Source: Eledone cirrhosa (Eukaryota). Taken from it: a stretch of 64,000 nt of DNA. The notes beneath the pieces were generated by a model that was not told where the DNA came from, ran no database searches, and saw nothing but the letters and a program-made list of their open reading frames with translations. Shown in pieces: positions 55,909-64,000 of the stretch. The position numbers were made by a program, and so were the translations under genes. The stretch covers positions 15,438,001 through 15,502,000 of the forward strand of contig OZ024740.1 of NCBI GenBank assembly GCA_964016885.1, given 5' to 3'. Position 1 is the stretch's first letter; each line of letters opens with the position of its first letter.

Positions 55909-57820
55909 TTACCTTTTCGTTTCCTGGAGATCGGGTTGTTCAATCTCCATTTGGGTGCTGGATGGGGTGTTGGGTGGTGTGGGGAAACATTTTAACAGGA
56001 CGCGGTTGACGGGTTTGTGGCAGGGGTTGCCCACGTCCTGTGAACATTTAATTTTTAGGTCTTTATAGGTTTCCATAGAAACCCTTATAAGTTTAAGGTG
56101 TGGAGACGATTCTGCCTTGACGAAAGTTTTGCCCTCCGTCTCCACCGTGGGGTTTTGGGAGATGACCTCCATCAAACTCTTGTTGTTTGTGTTGATGTAT
56201 GTGTATCGTTGTTTGTGTTTTTGTTGTGTTGTTTTAGTTTGTTGTTCGTCCGGGAGTTTTCTTTTTATGGTGGGTACTTGTGTTTGGGGTGGTGTTGGTG
56301 CTGGTTTTGCTGATAGGGGGATGTTTGACTGTGGTGTTGTTTGTGTTGTTGTTTGTGTCTGTGGTTGTGTGTTGGTGTTGGTGATTGGAGTTTTGGGGGG
56401 TTTGTGGTGTCTCTTTTTTTGTTTTTTAGATTTCCGCGGTTCTCCCTCTTCTTCACTTAAAGAAGGAGAAGCAGCTTCATCCGTCGATGAATAATCATCG
56501 TCAGATGTGTGGGGTAAGGGTATGTTGTGTGATGGTGGTGGTGTTTTGGTATGTGTGTTTGTGGTAGTGTTTGATGGAGTGCGATGGAGTGGGGATGTAT
56601 TCTTCAGGGGTGTTGTCTCTGTTTTTTCTGTTGTTGTTGGTTGAGTGTCTGTTTGTTTTGGTGTGGTTGCTCGTTTCGTCTGTCGTTGTACTTGTGGTGG
56701 TGGTGGTTGTTTTGGTGTTGGTGTTGGTAATAGCGTTTTTTTATGATGGTGTTGTTGTGTGTTTGTGGACAAGGGGCTTTTAGGTGAGCTGTGCTACCAC
56801 AGCGAAAGCAATGAAATTTTCGTCCTTCTACCGAAATGTTTATTTTGTTGTTATTATCAATAACGACTCTTTCGGGTATTTTGCAGATTCTCTCCGGTTT
56901 CATTTGCAACAGAATCTCCAAATCTGTGCCCGCCCACCTTTGTCGAGTAGATTTTCGTATCGAAAATAATTATGTCTGTTTCTGGCTCTACGAAGCCAGC
57001 CAAGATACACCAGATGTTAATGCTTGGAGGTATGTTTTTTATTTTTATTTTTGTGTCCTTTTCCCCATGTATGTAGGGAAAAAGTTGTATGCTTTTGACA
57101 CTATTGGTGTCACAGAGTTTTTGGGGGCGAGTGCCTCGCTTTTAAACAGTACGGAAACACTTCCGTACTGTTTTCCTCGCTGAAGAAAATCGACATTTGC
57201 TAGAATTTCCTTGAAAGAATCTTCTATATCTGCTTGATTAACAAATGTTGGCTTTCTTGACGAATTTGACACAGTCCTAAAAGTGACTGATCGGCGGTTT
57301 GTGTCTTCCTTTATTTCAAGGGGTGAGTTAATTCTAAACCCACCTCTTTCTTCGAAAGTTACAAATTTTCTCCCTTGCTGGAGCATATCTCTTGCGTTGG
57401 AGATATCAAGATTTATAAAATCTTGTTTCTTGTTCACTGTGTCAGCGAAAGACATTTTCTTTTTTTGTGTGGTGTTGCTGTTGATGATGTTGTTATCGTT
57501 GTTGGAAATCTCAGTTCCTTGTTGAGGTGAAACTTTATGTGTAGATGTATCTGTAGAGTTGTTGATGTCTTTTTCATGTGTATGTATGTCAATGGGTTTT
57601 TTTGCTGTGTTTTCCTGTGTGTTATTGTTATTTTTTTCCGCTTCGGCGGTAGAAATTGTAAAATTTTCAAATGTTAATATATTTTTTTCTTTTGTGACAG
57701 TTGTATCTATGGCGACGTCCATAGTAGCAGAAGCAGATATAACGTTAATATCTGCCTCTTTCTCTCTCTTTTTTCTATTAACGTTCTCCAGCGTTCTAGT
57801 GTTGCTCAAGTTATTTACTT
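55909..57820 (-). pseudogene. Copy D ORF1, disrupted
   Basis: SFADTV, FPTYMGKRTQ, CFRCGSTAHLKAPC, ends EQPDLQETKR*. Confidence 0.8.
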
Positions 57821-58026
57821 TGTAAAATCTGATATTTTAAAACAAATTTTTAAAATAAAATTTTCGCCCCTACAGGGGCGAAAAATGGGATTACCACCCT
57901 GCTGACAATTGAGCTTGGGGGTTAATCTACAAAGTGTTGTGTTTTTTCAAACAATTAGATCGGTTTTTTGCATAGAAATTAACAAAAAAGCTTACCGGCG
58001 ATGTTCCACACGTCAGACAGAAAGAG

Positions 58027-58071
<45 letters not shown>

Positions 58072-58085
58072 TGTATATGCATATG

Positions 58086-59169
<1,084 letters not shown>

Positions 59170-59237
59170 CGGTTTCAACACACGTTTTCAGATAAAGAAT
59201 CTTACTAAACAAATTCAGAAACGAAATATATATATAT

Positions 59238-59541
59238 ATATCACAGCAAAAAAGAGAATCAGTGTTGCGACGAATGGAATTTATTGGACATATTACAATC
59301 GTTTCTCTGGCGACCAGCTCGAGGCACGATCGATGTGATGATCGAACCTGACTCTGAAAATCGCAAGGTCCTCAGATACGTCTTGATTCTACGAAGCAGA
59401 TCTGAGGACCTTGCGATTTTCAGAGTCAGGTTCGATCATCACATCGATCGTGCCTCGAGCTGGTCGCCAGAGAAACGATTGTAATATGTCCAATAAATTC
59501 CATTCGTCGCAACACTGATTCTCTTTTTTTTTCTGTGATAT
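59238..59541. repeat. Inverted repeat (~130-140 bp arms, 22 nt spacer)
   Basis: 59248-59377 is the reverse complement of 59400-59529. Confidence 0.95.
59400..59490 (+). ncRNA. Hammerhead core with a ~63 nt stem II; 5' strand of helix I truncated; mirrored on the minus strand at ~59288-59377
   Basis: CTGAGGA(59402)...GAAA(59472)-CGATTG-TA. Confidence 0.6.
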
Positions 59542-59617
59542 TATACTCTGCTCTAAGAGAGCATCGAGTGCTCAAACAGCCTACCGCATACGGACGCTTT
59601 AAGCATCCAACACCAAT

Positions 59618-59733
<116 letters not shown>

Positions 59734-60436
59734 CATATATATACATATATATATACATATATATATACATACATACATTGTATACATACATACGTACACA
59801 TATATATATATATATATTTTTCTTTTTTACACACATTAAAATACACAAAATCGAATGTGTTTGAGCGATGTGTTTATGAATTTGTATATGTGGATGTATG
59901 TGTATGTGTGTTGTGTTATATTGTGTGTGTGTGTGTGTTGTGTTATGTTGTGTGTGTGTTGTGTTATGTTGTGTTATATATTGTGTGTGTGTATGTGTGT
60001 GTGTTTAGAAGCCAAAAGAAAGCAGAGGAAAAACAGTGGTGGGGGTGGGGTCAGATGTTGTGAAATATTGCTAAGTATAGTAAAGGAATGATAACAGAGC
60101 TTATCATTGCTAGAGAGAGGGGGGTAGTGGCAGACAGAGAGAGGGGTAGAGAGAGGAGGGGAGATAGAGAGTAGGGGTAATGGCAGAATGAGAGAGGGGA
60201 GGGGTTATGGCAGAAAGAAAGATAGGGGGAGGGGTTACAGGAAGAAAGAAAGGAAGAGAGAGAGAAAGAAAGAGGGAGAGGGACAGAAAGAAAGAGAGAG
60301 GAGAGAGAGGAGAGAGAGGAGAGAGGGAGAGAGAGAGAGATGGGGAATACGTAGAGAAAGAGAGAGTGGTGTAGCCGAAAGAAGGAGAGAAACGAGTATA
60401 TATCGAGTAAGACGCCGACGACTTTTACAAATACTG

Positions 60437-60482
60437 TATCACGTGACCAATTATAATGAGCAGATGATATATCACGTGACCA
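60437..60482. promoter_or_regulatory. Two tandem E-box motifs (USF/CLEAR-like TCACGTGAC)
   Basis: TATCACGTGACCA at 60437 and 60470, in non-repeat-looking sequence next to a long purine tract. Confidence 0.35.
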
Positions 60483-60599
60483 GCAGACATGACAACAATA
60501 AATTGTGATATGATAAGTCTGTTCGTCTGGTTTCTACATTGTTTGATAATATAAATATATTATGGCTACATTATTGGTCCGTTTACTGGCGTTTATATA

Positions 60600-60930
60600 T
60601 CATGTCGTCATTGTTGTAATATCACTGTTTTATATGTCGTAGTTGTAATGTCATTAGATCTGTTACTAGGGTGTTTATGATGTCATAACAGTAATGTCAT
60701 GATGCTGTTATGATGTGTCATAGTTGTAATGTCATTATATTTGTCTCTTACTGATGTAGTTATGATATGTCATAGAAGTAATGATAGCGCGTTTATCAGT
60801 TACTATGGTGTTTATGATGTCATAACAATAATGGTGGTATATATGCCTGTTACTAATGTAGTTATGATATGTCATAGATGTAATGTCATTATATTTGTCT
60901 ATTACTAATGTTTTCTAATGATATATCATA
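60600..60930. repeat. Degenerate AT-rich tandem repeat
   Basis: Recurrent TATGATGTCATA / GTTGTAATGTCATTA. Confidence 0.65.
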
Positions 60931-60994
60931 TTAATTATGTTTATCTATTACATTTCTAAAACTCGTTACAGTTGTAATGTGAAAGTGCTTGTTC

Positions 60995-61182
60995 TAGTGG
61001 TTAGAATGTTGGCTAAACTATCACAACATCGTGGGTTCGATTCCTGGACTGTTACACTCAGCTGAAAATATGTACTAGCAGTAACCTGGGATTAACTTGA
61101 CGATGCAATCGTGAGGTTTTGAGTTCGACTCCCGGGCGATGAGTTATGTCCTTGAGCAATACACTTTATTTCACGTTGCTCC
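60995..61182 (+). mobile_element. Decayed tRNA-derived SINE fragments
   Basis: TAGTGGTTAG...GGTTCGATTCC; GTTCGACTCC...GTCCTTGAGCAA. Confidence 0.55.
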
Positions 61183-61334
61183 TTCTGCCTGGATTAACGA
61201 CCGATAGATAGTATTAGCAATTGTAAAGACCAATGGAAACATTGTTTCCTCGGTCCGATTTGACGAGCTCTACCCCACTCGTTAAAGGAATGAGGCCTGG
61301 GATCTTGTGGACCGGTTGTAATTATATATATATA

Positions 61335-61377
<43 letters not shown>

Positions 61378-61608
61378 CAAATAACGAAACGAAATTAAAT
61401 TTCGTTTCGTTTGTAACTCACTTTTGTATGACTGATACATACTAGTATTTCAGTATACATATATGGATGTACATCTTTAACTTAATTGTATATATATATA
61501 TTTATATATATATATATATTATATATATATATAATATATATATATATACATACTATATATATATATATTATATATATATAATATATATATATATACATAT
61601 TATATATA

Positions 61609-61653
<45 letters not shown>

Positions 61654-61750
61654 TAGTAATAATAAATGTGAAGACTAAAATCCAAAGAAGATCCCGTTAA
61701 GGGTGAAAGCAGCGATTCTTTGCTTAAACTTTAATCTGTTATTTTAATAA

Positions 61751-61794
<44 letters not shown>

Positions 61795-62720
61795 AGACTT
61801 GTTTGCCAAGGGGCTTCAACTAGTGTGTTGAAACAGAAGCGATAACATTATGGAGGTGAGGAGGTGGTGATGTTTATGGTCATCGACAAAAATGACCCTG
61901 CTTTGTCACTCTTTATTTTGTTGCATCAAAAGTTTTGTCGAAGAGAAATTGGGGGGAATTTCATAATGTAAGACTTTTAATGGGTTAGTATCCTTCAATG
62001 GGTTCAACTTATCCATGATGGTATTTGTTTAGCACCCCCACCCCGCGAGCACTTGGGAACCTTTAGCGGAGTCCTCACAGATCCAAACCTTCCGATCAGA
62101 ACTCCGGAAGTTAATAGGTCTATCAGGAAAACCACCCTGCGGGTGGTTTTCTGCTAGCATGTGTAGTGTGCATATTGATATTATACACAAATATATATAC
62201 ATATACATATGATACATCAAATAACATCGTAATTGACAATATACACAGAAATTGAACGAAGACTGTGTTACACTGTCTCATGTAATCAGTAAAGTAATCC
62301 ATGATACATTAAAAAAAGACGATATCTATATGATAAAGCTGACGGCCGTATGTATGTAATAAACTTTTCGCCAAACGGCTGGACCAAACAGCACCAAATT
62401 TGCACCATAGATGTAACTTTTTCCAAGTAAGAAAGTGAGGGTATTTTTGTCATCTAAATTTGGTTAAAAGGTTAAAGATATTTTATTGTTTATTTAAATG
62501 TTCACTTCTTTAAAATTTGCAAATGTCAACACTTCCGGTTAGCGACCTCTCTCTTTCTCACTCTGTCTTTTTAGATGGATACATAGCTATAACGTCGCGC
62601 CCTTATAATATCTGCCTGTATGTCTGGCTGTTTGCATTACGAAAACCATTCTGTACATTGACTTCGTTATCTGTGTGCGTGTGTGTATATGTATATATAG
62701 TGTGTGTGTATATATATATA

Positions 62721-62784
<64 letters not shown>

Positions 62785-63112
62785 TTAGTATCATAAATAA
62801 GAGACAGTTTAATTTGTACATTTTATTACAACATTCCTTTATACGTATATATTCATAAACAAGTTATTTACAGTTGTATAAAAAAGAAGTATAATTCTTC
62901 TACTTTTGGCACAAGGCCAGCAATTATTCCAGTACATTGTTGGTACTTTATTATATATAATATATATAATACGACATTCCTCTCTCTTTCTCACTCTGTC
63001 TTGTTAGATAGATACATAGCTATATAACGTCGCGCCCTTATAATATATGTCTGTATGTCTGCCTGTCTGCATTGACTTCGCTTCTAACTAACTTTTAATT
63101 ATATATATATAT

Positions 63113-64000
63113 ATATGAAAGACGTAAAATAAGAAAATTTTAAAATTAACTTACTTACTAAAATTTTCACTCCAACTAATTAGTTTCTGTAAGGGAATAA
63201 ATATAGTTACGCAACGCAACCATAGAGAAATCCTTACGTCATCAGGGAGTCTATTCTCAGCTAAGTTCCCAGGCAATGCGCGGACACTAGGAACCCATAT
63301 AAAAATAATAATTCAGTGGATGGAAAAAAGCGAGCGGGGACTAGATTCCAGGGCACTGAAAACATTCACTGCCTACTTGGTCAGTGGCAAATTCTAAAGA
63401 ATCAATCACGTGACACTGAGGTTAATCAGTGAGGAGTGGAGTGGTAATAAGACAAGAGCCTAACTACTACCATGAACGATAGTAGTAATTTCGGCAAGTT
63501 TTGCTCAACAAATAATTTGGAGATAAATATAGAGAATTAGTATATCTACCAACATATGTATACAGATGTATACTAAGTAAGTTAATTTTAAAATTTTCTT
63601 ATTTTACGTCTTTCATATAATTGTTCTGCATCCCCTTGCATAGAACCACAAAGGTACTAAGACATAACATATATATTTGCTAGCATAGGTATACATCTGT
63701 ATACATATGTTGGTAGATATACTAATTCTCTATATTTATCTCCAAATTATTTGTTGAGTAAAACTTGCCGAAATTACTACTATGGTTCATGGTAGTAGTT
63801 AGGCTATTGTCTTATTACCACTCCACTCCTCACTGATTAACTTCAGTGTCACGTGATTGATTCTTTAGAATTTGCCACTGACCAAGTAAGCAGTGAATGT
63901 TTTCAGTGCCCTGGAATCTAGTCCCCGCTCGCTTTTTTCCATCCACTGAATTATTATTTTATATGGGTTCCTAGTGTCCGCGCATTGCCTGGGAACTTAG
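63113..64000. mobile_element. PLE remnant with nested inverted repeats (63261-63573 / 63689-64000 and 63113-63158 / 63574-63619); runs off the window
   Basis: Direct reverse-complement matching with few mismatches; contains a hammerhead. Confidence 0.85.
63169..63250 (-). ncRNA. Type I hammerhead with extended stem II
   Basis: Minus strand: ACTCC-CTGATGA-c GTAAGG...CCTTAC a-GAAA-CTAATTAG-TT-GGAGT. Confidence 0.85.

Larger units (their letters stand above)
52188..58016 (-). mobile_element. L1/Tx1-clade copy D (subfamily 1, close to copy A)
   Basis: UTRs and ORFs highly similar to copy A. Confidence 0.92.

Noticed and set aside
34883-57825. Recurring plus-strand ORFs across the Tx1 copies (e.g. 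MIRAPPKPG..., MSANTLAV...)
   Set aside because: Antisense shadows of conserved ORF1/ORF2 sequence
60995-61050. tRNA gene
   Set aside because: Only A- and B-box-like motifs with no cloverleaf; a SINE relic

Overview
AT-rich, microsatellite-dense animal genomic DNA with no supportable host protein-coding gene. The tRNA-derived Nin/Deu-domain SINEs and (TA)n/(CA)n density suggest a cephalopod such as Octopus (inference). The window is mostly retroelements. It holds a near full-length RTE-clade LINE in a (TA)n tract (6.3-9.6 kb), two decayed Naiad-type Penelope-like elements (PLEs; 13.0-18.1 and 28.4-33.3 kb), many small PLE remnants, R4/Dong-like remnants, six SINE copies and Helitron-like non-autonomous repeats. 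About 11 type I hammerhead ribozymes have intact cores and about 5 are degenerate. A 23 kb head-to-tail array of four L1/Tx1-clade elements from three divergent subfamilies (34.7-58.0 kb) has a short (GATA)n at each junction. The Tx1 copies share the most notable signals: a consensus 5' splice donor overlapping the ORF1 stop codon, an ORF2 TAG stop in 3'-acceptor context (so ORF2 could be excised as one intron), a 67-69 nt GT-AG candidate intron followed by two structure-conserved hairpins in the 5' UTR, and covarying 3' UTR helices. All alignments and folds were done by eye.
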